Positions 1 through 8,282 of a stretch of 20,226 nt of DNA are shown here, in pieces. Below the pieces are notes generated by a model, which saw only the letters and a program-made list of their open reading frames with translations, did not search any database and was not told the DNA's origin. Numbering within the stretch: position 1 is the first letter of the stretch; each line of letters opens with the position of its first letter. The stretch is from an uncultured Nitrososphaerota archaeon (GTDB lineage: Archaea; Korarchaeota; Korarchaeia; Korarchaeales; Korarchaeaceae), in contig CAZUBM010000028.1 of NCBI GenBank assembly GCA_964618805.1, positions 1-20,226 on the forward strand, in the 5' to 3' direction. A program made the translations under genes and the position numbers.

Positions 1-90
1 GGCGCCGGGGGTGGGATTTGAACCCACGCGGCCCGAATGGGCCACCGGCTCTCAAGGCCGGCGCCTTAGTCCTGACTTGGCTACCCCGGC
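1..90 (-). tRNA. tRNA-Ser, anticodon TGA, long variable arm, no intron
   Basis: Reverse complement folds as a cloverleaf: acceptor GCCGGGG/CCCCGGC, anticodon arm CCGGC-CTTGAGA-GCCGG, variable arm GGCCC-ATTC-GGGCC, T arm GTGGG-TTCAAAT-CCCAC, discriminator G (position 3), then CC at the window edge. Confidence 0.97.
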
Positions 91-112
91 CCATGTTGCC
101 TAATGTTAGCTC

Positions 113-120
113 TAAATAAA
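113..120 (-). promoter_or_regulatory. TATA box for tRNA-Ser
   Basis: TTTATTTA on the minus strand, 23-30 nt upstream of the mature tRNA 5' end. Confidence 0.6.
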
Positions 121-203
121 TTATGTGTTATCAGGGAAATAGAACAGTTTCTTTTTGTAGCTTTCTCCTGCATGGAGCACATCTCAGAGAACATCAACCA
201 ACT

Positions 204-212
204 CAAAAAGAT
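204..212 (-). terminator. Possible oligo-T terminator after rps19
   Basis: TATCTTTTTG on the minus strand about 10 nt after the rps19 stop; short T tract only. Confidence 0.3.
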
Positions 213-220
213 AGGTGCTA

Positions 221-616
221 TCACTTAAGGGGCACATATTTCGATGACCTTGTTGCTCCCTTTCCTGGAGAGCCGTGACGTACAACCTTGTTAGTCATGG
301 CAAACTCTCCCAAGTAATGTCCGATCATCTCAGGCTTTATTTCAACCTCTACAAAATTCTTTCCGTCATGTACTGCTACCCTCATGCCTACCATCTCTGG
401 AAGGACTGGAAAGTCCCTTCTGTGAGTTCTTATTACTTTCTTAACTCCCATCTTTTTATATTTCCTTATTTTCTCTAAGAGCTTCTTATTTTCTAAAGAA
501 AGCCCTCTTCTCAAAGTTCTTCTGATTCTAGCAGGCATAAGCTCTGATAACTCCTCTATTGATAAGTTTTGGAGCTCTTCAAGTGTTCGACCGCGATAGG
601 TGAATTCTCTAGGCAT
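221..616 (-). CDS. rps19: 30S ribosomal protein uS19
   Basis: [37 protein letters not shown]: archaeal S19 motifs; follows rpl2. Confidence 0.99.
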   Translation of the reverse strand: MPREFTYRGRTLEELQNLSIEELSELMPARIRRTLRRGLSLENKKLLEKIRKYKKMGVKKVIRTHRRDFPVLPEMVGMRVAVHDGKNFVEVEIKPEMIGHYLGEFAMTNKVVRHGSPGKGATRSSKYVPLK

Positions 617-647
617 GATCTATCACATCAAGAGAGGATGATAGTGG

Positions 648-660
648 TTTTTATTTCTTT
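648..660 (-). promoter_or_regulatory. Candidate internal BRE/TATA for rps19
   Basis: AAAGAAATAAAAA (minus) in the 49-bp rpl2-rps19 gap; 12/13 identical to the element upstream of tRNA-Leu (17993-18005). Confidence 0.45.
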
Positions 661-665
661 CTCTT

Positions 666-1406
666 CTACCTCCTCCTTGTGCCTCTCCTCTTCTTAGCAC
701 GCCCGGTCTTACGAGCTGCTATGTGACCGACTTTGGCTCCAGGAGGAGCTCCTCTGCTGACTGAAGTAGGAGCACCTGGCCTAGCGTGGGATCCACCTCC
801 ATGAGGATGGCTTACAGGGTTCATGGCAACGCCTCTAACCTTAGGCCATCGCTTAGGATGAACTCTTTCCTTATAATAAGCAGCCGCCGCCTTCAAAAGC
901 GGTTTTTCAGGCCTTCCCCCTCCAGCAATTATTCCAACCGTCGCTCGACATTTCTCATCAACTACTTTTGTTTTACCTGATGGTAGCCTTAGGATGATCT
1001 TTCCCCTCTCCTTTGAGAATATAGTAGCAAAGGTGCCACTTCTCCTCGCTATTTTGCCTCCGTCACCATATCTAAGTTCTATATTACATACTGGAGTTCC
1101 TTCTGGGATTTCATAAAGAGGAAGCACGTTTCCAGGCTCTAATGAAGCTCCTGGACCTATTTCAATCGTTTTTCCAAGATAGACGCCTTCTGGAGGAACG
1201 TAGATGAACTCCTCTCCAGTTTCAAGCTGTATTTTTGCTAAGGGGGTCCATCTACCTGGCTCATGGATGAATTCCTTTATGACACCCCTAATTGTTTGAT
1301 CTAAGCTTAAAACAGGATATTTGGCGGGCCCTACCTTTAGATGATCTCTAGCTCTAAATTGTATTCCTCCCCTTCCCTTCCTCTGTACAAGTATTCTCTT
1401 GCCCAT
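666..1406 (-). CDS. rpl2: 50S ribosomal protein uL2
   Basis: MGKRILVQRKGRG start; WPKVRGVAMNPVSHPHGGG; GAKVGHIAARKTG. Confidence 0.99.
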   Translation of the reverse strand: MGKRILVQRKGRGGIQFRARDHLKVGPAKYPVLSLDQTIRGVIKEFIHEPGRWTPLAKIQLETGEEFIYVPPEGVYLGKTIEIGPGASLEPGNVLPLYEIPEGTPVCNIELRYGDGGKIARRSGTFATIFSKERGKIILRLPSGKTKVVDEKCRATVGIIAGGGRPEKPLLKAAAAYYKERVHPKRWPKVRGVAMNPVSHPHGGGSHARPGAPTSVSRGAPPGAKVGHIAARKTGRAKKRRGTRRR

Positions 1407-1416
1407 TTAAATCACC

Positions 1417-1683
1417 TCACAGGATTCCCAACCTTGCAGCAATATCGCTGGCCTTGAACTCCGGTTTAAGCCTGACATACGCTTTTTTCAGGCCTTGGGG
1501 TGTTATTAACGTTTTTACACTTTGTACTTTAACATCAAAGGCCTCTTCTACGGCTCTCTTTATCATATGTTTGTTTGCCCTCCTATGAACAATGAACACA
1601 AGCTTATTCTCCCTTTCAATCATAGCTACTGCCTTCTCTGAAGCGATGGGCCTTATTAATATCGAATAAGGATCAAAGCTCAT
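1417..1683 (-). CDS. rpl23: 50S ribosomal protein uL23
   Basis: [31 protein letters not shown]; ATGA overlap with the rpl4 stop. Confidence 0.99.
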   Translation of the reverse strand: MSFDPYSILIRPIASEKAVAMIERENKLVFIVHRRANKHMIKRAVEEAFDVKVQSVKTLITPQGLKKAYVRLKPEFKASDIAARLGIL

Positions 1684-2480
1684 GGAGACTCACCTCCAAA
1701 TCTCTCCTTTATGGCCTTCAACGCTGGCTCAGACCAAATTACAAGCCTTCCTGGAACTCCACCAGGTGCAAGGTGGATGATGCTAAGGTTATTGACGTGT
1801 ACGACATCTACTCCGGGGATATTCCTCGCTGCAAGGAATATTGCTGGGTTTTCCTTGTAAATCACTAGGGGACCCTTTGCTCTAACCCTCTTTCTTCCCC
1901 TCATTTTACCCTTTCCGCTCCTTATCTTTCGGAATCTTGCCTTTGTCCTCTCTAGTTCTTCCTTTAGCCCAAGCTTTAGCAGGAAATCATACAGGCTCTT
2001 TGTCTTAGATATATCCTCTAAATCCCTTACCACAATTATTGGCGCTGCTCTTATTCCATTAACCCTATGTCTGGCTGTTATAAGGTCTATCGATGCTGTT
2101 GCCGCTATAGCTGACATTATTGCGAGTTTTCTTTCCTTTTTATTTACTCTCTCCCAAATCACCTTCTCTACTTTAGGTGGGTGAGCTGCCCTACCTCCCC
2201 TAACAAAGGGGGCTCTTGCTGCCCTTCCAGCAGCTGGATAGAGTCTTCCTTTAATCCTAGGTACCCTGGCAAGATCTAAACCAGTTCCTCTTGACTCCGC
2301 TGAAGTTCTCATCCCAGCCCTTCTATCCCTTCCTTGTGGTTGTATTCTAGCAGTTAATTGAGATAAGTAAACTCTTCTGATTATGTCCGGCCTTATATCT
2401 GTCTTAAAGACTTCTGGAAGCTCAATCTCTCCTACCATCTCTCCTTCAAGGTTGAATATCGGTCTCCTTAAATCGTCCAT
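1680..2480 (-). CDS. rpl4: 50S ribosomal protein uL4
   Basis: [45 protein letters not shown]. Confidence 0.99.
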   Translation of the reverse strand: MDDLRRPIFNLEGEMVGEIELPEVFKTDIRPDIIRRVYLSQLTARIQPQGRDRRAGMRTSAESRGTGLDLARVPRIKGRLYPAAGRAARAPFVRGGRAAHPPKVEKVIWERVNKKERKLAIMSAIAATASIDLITARHRVNGIRAAPIIVVRDLEDISKTKSLYDFLLKLGLKEELERTKARFRKIRSGKGKMRGRKRVRAKGPLVIYKENPAIFLAARNIPGVDVVHVNNLSIIHLAPGGVPGRLVIWSEPALKAIKERFGGESP

Positions 2481-2484
2481 ATCC

Positions 2485-3519
2485 CTACTCCCCTCCCACC
2501 CGTGCTATGTGTATGATGGTTGGTTTTCCAAGCTCTGTAAGTCTAGGAGGCCTGATAGCATGTCTTATCATTACAAATCGTTTCACAGGTCCAGGAACAG
2601 AGCCTTGTAATATTATTGCGTCGCTTTTAATTATCCCATAATTAGTATAGCCTCCTCTTAAGTTGACCTCCTTTGGATAACTCTTAGGTACTCCCTTCTC
2701 GTCTATATCTGCTTGTATTATCTTGAGTATTCGTTTGTTGTACTCAGTCCTCTTGTGATATCCCATCTGACCAGGTCTAGGAACTCTCCAGCTTATCCAA
2801 GGAGGATGCCTTGATCCAAGGCTTCCAACCTCTCTCCTTCTTTTACCCGCTTTATGAGGCAACAGGGCAACGCCAAACCTCTTAATGACCCCTTGAAATC
2901 CTTTTCCTTTTGTTACAGCAGTAACGTCCACGTATTGGCCTTCCTTGAAGACCTCAGATACTCTAATAAGCTTTCCTATCGAAGAAAAGGCAAATTCCAA
3001 TCTTTCTTCAATATCTCCACCAACAACTGGAATTTCCATTAATTCTGGCCTTTTCTTATGTATTCCTGCGTATCTTGGGATTGTATGGGCTAGAATTCGG
3101 ACCTCTTCGATTTCATCCTTTCTATCCTCAATTAATCCTCGTTTCTTCTCTAAATTGTCTATTCCGGAGCCTATCGTAAACGTCCTTTTAAGGTCGCTTT
3201 CCGACTCTACCCTCATAATTGTCGTCAAGGATTTGAAACCATAGGGTGTCCTAACGTATGGGCGTAAACCGACTACCTTCAAAGGAGGTGCCTCTATTAT
3301 GGTAACGGCTTTTGACACCTCTTGACCATAAGTTAGAGTTCCTGGTCTATCATCTATCATAATAACATATGTCATTCCGGCCTTGTAGCCAGCAAACGCT
3401 GCTACAGTAGGTCTTTCTGCTTTTATCTTGTAAGATCTGAAGACTGCCTTCTGAGTCTTTGCCCTTTTCCTAGGGTAGTAAGCTAACGAACCATGCCTCG
3501 GGGCATGTCTTTTGGGCAA
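2485..3519 (-). CDS. rpl3: 50S ribosomal protein uL3 (TTG start)
   Basis: PRHGSLAYYPRKRA, GYKAGMT, TKGKGFQGVIKRFG, GQMGYHKRTEYNKRILKI, GSVPGP; AGGTGG SD 6 nt before TTG. Confidence 0.99.
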   Translation of the reverse strand: MPKRHAPRHGSLAYYPRKRAKTQKAVFRSYKIKAERPTVAAFAGYKAGMTYVIMIDDRPGTLTYGQEVSKAVTIIEAPPLKVVGLRPYVRTPYGFKSLTTIMRVESESDLKRTFTIGSGIDNLEKKRGLIEDRKDEIEEVRILAHTIPRYAGIHKKRPELMEIPVVGGDIEERLEFAFSSIGKLIRVSEVFKEGQYVDVTAVTKGKGFQGVIKRFGVALLPHKAGKRRREVGSLGSRHPPWISWRVPRPGQMGYHKRTEYNKRILKIIQADIDEKGVPKSYPKEVNLRGGYTNYGIIKSDAIILQGSVPGPVKRFVMIRHAIRPPRLTELGKPTIIHIARVGGE

Positions 3520-3579
3520 TTTCTTCCACCTTTATTGGCACTGCTATTTTATCGGATTCAACCGATCTGATGGTCACGA

Positions 3580-3592
3580 TTATTAACCTTTC
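3580..3592 (-). promoter_or_regulatory. BRE-TATA promoter of the rpl3 operon
   Basis: GAAAGG-TTAATAA on the minus strand about 60 nt upstream of the rpl3 start. Confidence 0.6.
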
Positions 3593-3596
3593 TCCC

Positions 3597-4019
3597 TCAG
3601 AGGTCCAAAACTACAGTGCCTTCCCAAAAGCCTTCTGACCTTTGTACCTTCAATGAATGATATGTTATAGCTTTTATTTCTGTTTTTGGATTGTGTTTTG
3701 ATAAATCTAGCCTTTCTCCAAAGGCTTTTCCTTTTAAGAGGTACTGTGAGTCCTCCTTTATTATGTTAACGGAGAAATCCGAGAACACAAGGCGCTTCGT
3801 ATCGGTGATAAAGAGCAGTTCATCTAACCAGTCGTGAAGTAACAGCGATAGGTCCGAAGCCCGTATCTCCAGCGAGATCTCTTCAACCTTATCAACTTTC
3901 TCTACATCTACCATTATGTTGTACATCGCTATGGCTGCTTGATAGAATAGCTCGCTGAGATCCTTCCCTCTAGCGATGAAGCTCACATCTCCACCAAGTT
4001 CCTCGTACTGGTAACTCAT
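3597..4019 (-). CDS. Archease (RtcB tRNA ligase activator)
   Basis: About 140 aa; LLHDWLDELLF, TEIKAITYH, C-terminal VLDL. Start set at ATG 4019 because GGTGAT upstream looks like the SD; ORF track start is 4028. Confidence 0.93.
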   Translation of the reverse strand: MSYQYEELGGDVSFIARGKDLSELFYQAAIAMYNIMVDVEKVDKVEEISLEIRASDLSLLLHDWLDELLFITDTKRLVFSDFSVNIIKEDSQYLLKGKAFGERLDLSKHNPKTEIKAITYHSLKVQRSEGFWEGTVVLDL

Positions 4020-4034
4020 AGTCATCACCGTAAA

Positions 4035-4931
4035 TTATGGAACCTTCTCAAGCACAAGGTACTCTTCATCGAAACCAATCGTTCTAGAAGTATACAGGAC
4101 ATATTCAAAAGCATAAAGAAAGTTCTCATCAAAGAATATGTAAGATATCGTGTCGCTAAAAGGAGTTTCTGTAAGATTTAAACCCTTTTGTTTCACTTTG
4201 ATTGGCTCTGTTTCCAATCTTAGATGGTCAGCGAAATAAAGGATATGGACGACATAGGTATAATCTTCTCCCCTTAGTTCTATAGTGGTAGTTTTACCTT
4301 CTTCTAAACGTTCCTTAATCCCCTCATTAGAAGCGAACACCTCTGAGTCCTCTTTCGAGAACTCAATGTTCCATCTCGATTTAGGTTGAGTCAATTCTAC
4401 TAAGTCTATCATTGTAGTTAGTTTAATCGTGTTGCTTTGTTTTAGATAAACTACTTCGCACTTAGATAGCTTAAGGGTTGTTTTCTCGTCGTACTCAGAG
4501 TAAACCCCCAACATTACCTTCCAAGTCTTATTCTCACTTCGTTTTATCACATAGATCGCGTTAAATGTAGAATTTAGAGGTTTGAGGGTAGATGGAACGG
4601 TTGTTCCGTTAGGAAAGGATATGGGATGGGGGCCAAGCGACGAAGATGCCAAGTAAATTGTCGGCTGACCGAACATTAAGCTCGTTGCTATACTCCAAGT
4701 TAAAAGGAAGGCTATAAGTGAGGATCCTACTCCTTCCCTGTAGGTCTTATAGAACCCAAGCTTGGAAATTGCATCCCTCTTAATGGTGATAAGGATGGCA
4801 GTCGAGAGGAAAAACGTAAAGATGAAAAAAGCTATTCCCGTTACACCACTTATTCCGATAATACCAGCTAAGAGTCCAGCTATTAGGCTAACAGCAATCT
4901 TCGTGTAAAAAATCATAGTTTTTAGGCCCAA
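4035..4931 (-). CDS. Membrane protein: N-terminal EMC6-like 3-TM domain plus about 210-aa soluble C-terminal domain
   Basis: First ~86 aa: IFYTKIAVSLIAGLLAGIIGISG / GIAFFIFTFFLSTAILI / EGVGSSLIAFLLTWSIATSL resembles the EMC6/Rab5ip pattern (G-x-x-A-G-I-x-G in TM1, F-x-x-x-W in TM3). Remainder is hydrophilic with four N-x-S/T sequons. TTG start. Confidence 0.7.
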   Translation of the reverse strand: MGLKTMIFYTKIAVSLIAGLLAGIIGISGVTGIAFFIFTFFLSTAILITIKRDAISKLGFYKTYREGVGSSLIAFLLTWSIATSLMFGQPTIYLASSSLGPHPISFPNGTTVPSTLKPLNSTFNAIYVIKRSENKTWKVMLGVYSEYDEKTTLKLSKCEVVYLKQSNTIKLTTMIDLVELTQPKSRWNIEFSKEDSEVFASNEGIKERLEEGKTTTIELRGEDYTYVVHILYFADHLRLETEPIKVKQKGLNLTETPFSDTISYIFFDENFLYAFEYVLYTSRTIGFDEEYLVLEKVP

Positions 4932-4963
4932 TCTTCCTCGAATTAGAACCGGTAGACTCAGTC

Positions 4964-4972
4964 CTTAAAAAA
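4964..4972. promoter_or_regulatory. Shared AT box of a divergent promoter (EMC6-like gene / rqcH)
   Basis: CTTAAAAAA (reverse TTTTTTAAG) in the middle of a 62-bp head-to-head gap, 22-30 nt before the rqcH ATG, consistent with a leaderless transcript. Confidence 0.45.
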
Positions 4973-4993
4973 CCAAGTGGTAATAAGACTCAG

Positions 4994-6928
4994 ATGAGAG
5001 CAAGAGAAAGCATAGCTAGCATCGAGCTCTATTACCTAACTAGAGAATTGAGTCGACTAAGAGGTAGAAGAATCAAAAAGGTCTACCAACTGGGGCCTAA
5101 TGTCTTTTCCCTAACTATTTGGCCTGAGCTGAACGGCAAAAGAGAACTTATTTTGGCAACTAGAAATTGCATCTTTCTAAGCAAACGTGAGTGGCCCAAA
5201 CCTAAATATCCATCATCACTGGCTATGGGGCTTAGAAAAAGGCTAGGAAATGCTAGAATCGTGAATGTAGAACAACCAGACATGGAACGGTTACTTATCC
5301 TTCATTATCAAGGCATGTATTCAGGTAAACTGATAGTAGAGTTGTTCGGAAAAGGAAACTTGATTTTGACCGACGAAAAGGGTGAGATCCTTCAAGTAGC
5401 TAGAAGCCTAAGGGTTAGGGATAGAATATTGAGAAGACACGAAGTGTATAAGCCTCCTCCTAAACTTGCTGAAATTCCATCGATCCTTGAAATCGGAGAT
5501 GAAGAAAGCTTATTTTTAATCATGAATCAATGCGGTCACCTAGAACTGTGGAGATTTTTACTGGAAATTGGTGTAGGTCCCCCATACATTGATGAAGTTC
5601 TGTTAAAGAGCGAATTAACTGCAAATGTAAAGATAGGGGATTTATCAGAGGAACAAAGGCTCTCCTTAAGTAAAGCTGTACTTTGGTTGGCCAGAAAATT
5701 GAAGGAAGAGCCCGATCCAGTCATATATCTTTCAGATGGAAACGCAGTGAACTTTTCGGTTTTTCCTTTAGATTCTTTGTCGAGTAAATATGAGTCAAAG
5801 CCTATGACCTCTCTTTTGGATCTTCTTGAAGAGTACTTCTCTCCAATAATAACTGAAGCGGCAAAGGACAGATCTTTGCTAGAGGTTGAAAAGAAGATTA
5901 GAGCTTTAGAAATAGAACTGGAGAGACAAAAGGGTATTCTTGATAGATATAGGATGGAACTATTGGATCTAAAGCAAAAAGGAGAGTTACTTTTTTCTAA
6001 CCTTTATGAAGTCCAATCTCTCATTGAAATGGCTCGAAAGGGCATGCTGAATGAAAGAATCCTTAATGTTGATAGATCTAAGCACATTGCAACAATAAAG
6101 ATAGGGGATATCCCTATAGATGTTGATTTCATGAAGACAGCTTCTGAGAACGCATCCAGCTATTACGATAGAGCTAAAAAACTCGATTTAAAGATAAGTA
6201 GAGGCGTTGAAACGCTCAAAAAATTAGAAAGTAGGTTATCTGCTATGAAAAGAGAGGTTGAAACGCTGCAAGTATTGAAAAGGCCGAAGATTAGGAGGAA
6301 AAAGAGGTGGTTTGAGAAATTCAGGTGGTTCTTTACAACGGAGGGTTTCTTAGTCGTTGCCGGAAAGGACAAATCCACAAACAGAGAGCTAGTTAGACGA
6401 TATATGGAGGCAGATGATCTTTTCTTCCACGTAGAGCAACCTGGCGGAGCGGTCGTCCTAGTTAAGACTGAGGGAAAAGTTGTTGGAGATGAAACCATAG
6501 CTCAAGCAGCGGATTATGCTGCTTGTTTCTCCAGGGCGTGGAGGGAGGGATTGAGTTATGCCAATGTGTATTATGTTAAAGGAAAACAGGTTCTTAGCCA
6601 CCCGCCTCCTAGAATGTACATTCCAAAAGGCTCCTTTTACATAAAAGGAAGCAGAAATTATTTGAAAGGTAAATTAGAACTCGCTGTAGGTATTTGGGAG
6701 TTGGAAAAGGAGCTCAGACTCACTTCTTCTCCTTTAGAGGCGTCAAATCAGATGAAAGCAAAGGTTCATGTGGTTCCAGGAGATATGGAGAAGCTAGAAA
6801 CAGCTAGAATGATAAAGGGTGTGCTTGAAAATGAGTTAAAAAAAGTAACGAGTATGTCTTTATATCTTGATCTCGATGAAATCTTGAAGTCCCTTCCCCC
6901 AGGAAGGTTTAGAATATTAAGGAGGTGA
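4994..6928 (+). CDS. rqcH: Ribosome rescue factor RqcH / Rqc2 / NEMF (NFACT family)
   Basis: NFACT-N (RIKKVYQ, ERLLIL, ELFGKGNLIL), helix-hairpin region, coiled coils, ENASSYYDRAKK, NFACT-R (WFEKFRWFFTTEGFLVVAGKD, PKGSFYIKGSRNY). Confidence 0.96.
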   Translation: MRARESIASIELYYLTRELSRLRGRRIKKVYQLGPNVFSLTIWPELNGKRELILATRNCIFLSKREWPKPKYPSSLAMGLRKRLGNARIVNVEQPDMERLLILHYQGMYSGKLIVELFGKGNLILTDEKGEILQVARSLRVRDRILRRHEVYKPPPKLAEIPSILEIGDEESLFLIMNQCGHLELWRFLLEIGVGPPYIDEVLLKSELTANVKIGDLSEEQRLSLSKAVLWLARKLKEEPDPVIYLSDGNAVNFSVFPLDSLSSKYESKPMTSLLDLLEEYFSPIITEAAKDRSLLEVEKKIRALEIELERQKGILDRYRMELLDLKQKGELLFSNLYEVQSLIEMARKGMLNERILNVDRSKHIATIKIGDIPIDVDFMKTASENASSYYDRAKKLDLKISRGVETLKKLESRLSAMKREVETLQVLKRPKIRRKKRWFEKFRWFFTTEGFLVVAGKDKSTNRELVRRYMEADDLFFHVEQPGGAVVLVKTEGKVVGDETIAQAADYAACFSRAWREGLSYANVYYVKGKQVLSHPPPRMYIPKGSFYIKGSRNYLKGKLELAVGIWELEKELRLTSSPLEASNQMKAKVHVVPGDMEKLETARMIKGVLENELKKVTSMSLYLDLDEILKSLPPGRFRILRR

Positions 6929-6933
6929 AGCAT

Positions 6934-7425
6934 ATGGCCCTCGTACCTGAGTCTGAGGACGAGCTTGAAGACCTAAAGATAAGAGTATCCGAAGTTATGA
7001 CCCCAAACATCATTAGTGTAGAGCCTTCCGTCAGTGTCGCTGATGTAGCGGAAGTTATGGATAAACATGGAATTGGCTCGGTTCTTGTAAGATCGAACGA
7101 AAAAATTGTTGGGATCATAACAGAAAGAGATATTATCAAGAGATGTGTCGCTAAGATAAGGGACAGACTACCAGAAGACGTAAGTGCTGAGGAGATCATG
7201 ACTAAGAACCTAATTACAATTAACGGAGATGCTGATATATTTGAAGCTGCTAAAATGATGAGCGAGTACGATATTAGGAGGTTGATTGTGGTTAATAATT
7301 CGGGTAAGCCTATAGGAATCGTTTCTATGAAAGATATTTTGAGAGAGGCTCCTCACATTTGGTTCATCCTATCACAGAGATTAAGAATGGCTAGATCCCC
7401 AAGAGGGACTTTTAGTCTTATTTAG
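6934..7425 (+). CDS. CBS-domain protein (one Bateman module)
   Basis: Two CBS repeats (GIGSVLV..GIITERDII; DIRRLIV..GIVSMKDIL). Start moved from GTG 6925 to ATG 6934 because GGAGGTGA (6921-6928) is a strong SD 5 nt upstream. Confidence 0.93.
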   Translation: MALVPESEDELEDLKIRVSEVMTPNIISVEPSVSVADVAEVMDKHGIGSVLVRSNEKIVGIITERDIIKRCVAKIRDRLPEDVSAEEIMTKNLITINGDADIFEAAKMMSEYDIRRLIVVNNSGKPIGIVSMKDILREAPHIWFILSQRLRMARSPRGTFSLI

Positions 7426-7436
7426 GGGGAAGGGAG

Positions 7437-8282
7437 TTGGATAGAGCCAGAGATTACATGGCTACAGAAGTAATCACCATTTATCCAAATGATACAATTT
7501 CTCATGCCAAAAATCTCATGTTAGAGAGAGGAGTTAAGAGGTTAGTAGTTGTTAATAAAGAGGGCAAGCTTGTTGGAATTCTCACCCTTCGTGATATAGT
7601 TAGGATTCTAACTGGAAGAAGGGCTCCATGGAAGTGGAGATCGCTTGAGAATTCGCTTGTTGGAACCCATATGACGAAAAATCTCATAACAATAACGCCC
7701 AATACAAGTCTATATGAGGCAGCTAAGATAATGATAGAGCAGGGAATAAGCGGCCTTCCCGTAATAAGCTCAAATTCTCTGGTAGGTCTATTGACTAAGA
7801 CCGATTTGGTCAAGTACTTCGCGGATAGAATGAAAGGGCTTTTTAGGGTTGAAGATTTGATGAAAAAGGATTTGATAACGATAAAAGAGAGCGATAACGT
7901 TAAAAAAGCAGCTAAGATAATGATGAAGAGAGGAGTTAAGAGGTTAGTGGTTACAGATTCTGCAAAGAAGATCCTAGGAATAGTTACAGAAACAGATCTA
8001 GCCTATGTAGGGGTCATTTGGTCTAGAAAGAGGATTGTCATAGATACTTTGGCTGGTAGAGAAGTCAAGGGAATTAAGGCCAAAACCGTGGGAGAAGTAA
8101 TGAAAAGCCCTGTTATCACCGTTAAACCAAATGATGATGCAGCAAAAGCAGCTCGTATGATGTTGGAGTTTGGATTTAGTGGATTCCCGGTTTCTTCTGA
8201 CGGAGAGAAGTTGGAAGGTTTAATTACTAAAACAGACATTATAAAAGGGATAATAATTGCCAAAGAAAAGGCTTCTAGTTAA
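7437..8282 (+). CDS. CBS-domain protein (four CBS repeats)
   Basis: GVKRLVV..GILTLRD; GISGLPV..GLLTKTD; GVKRLVV..GIVTETD; GFSGFPV..GLITKTD. TTG start. Confidence 0.95.
   Translation: MDRARDYMATEVITIYPNDTISHAKNLMLERGVKRLVVVNKEGKLVGILTLRDIVRILTGRRAPWKWRSLENSLVGTHMTKNLITITPNTSLYEAAKIMIEQGISGLPVISSNSLVGLLTKTDLVKYFADRMKGLFRVEDLMKKDLITIKESDNVKKAAKIMMKRGVKRLVVTDSAKKILGIVTETDLAYVGVIWSRKRIVIDTLAGREVKGIKAKTVGEVMKSPVITVKPNDDAAKAARMMLEFGFSGFPVSSDGEKLEGLITKTDIIKGIIIAKEKASS

Noticed and set aside
275-3244. Plus-strand ORFs 275-478, 786-980, 2383-2610, 2854-3042, 2945-3244
   Set aside because: Antisense shadows of ribosomal protein genes with no recognisable motifs.
5276-5300. RqcH has ER where Bacillus RqcH has the DR motif
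   Set aside because: Conservative change that I recall in other TACK homologs; not evidence of lost function.
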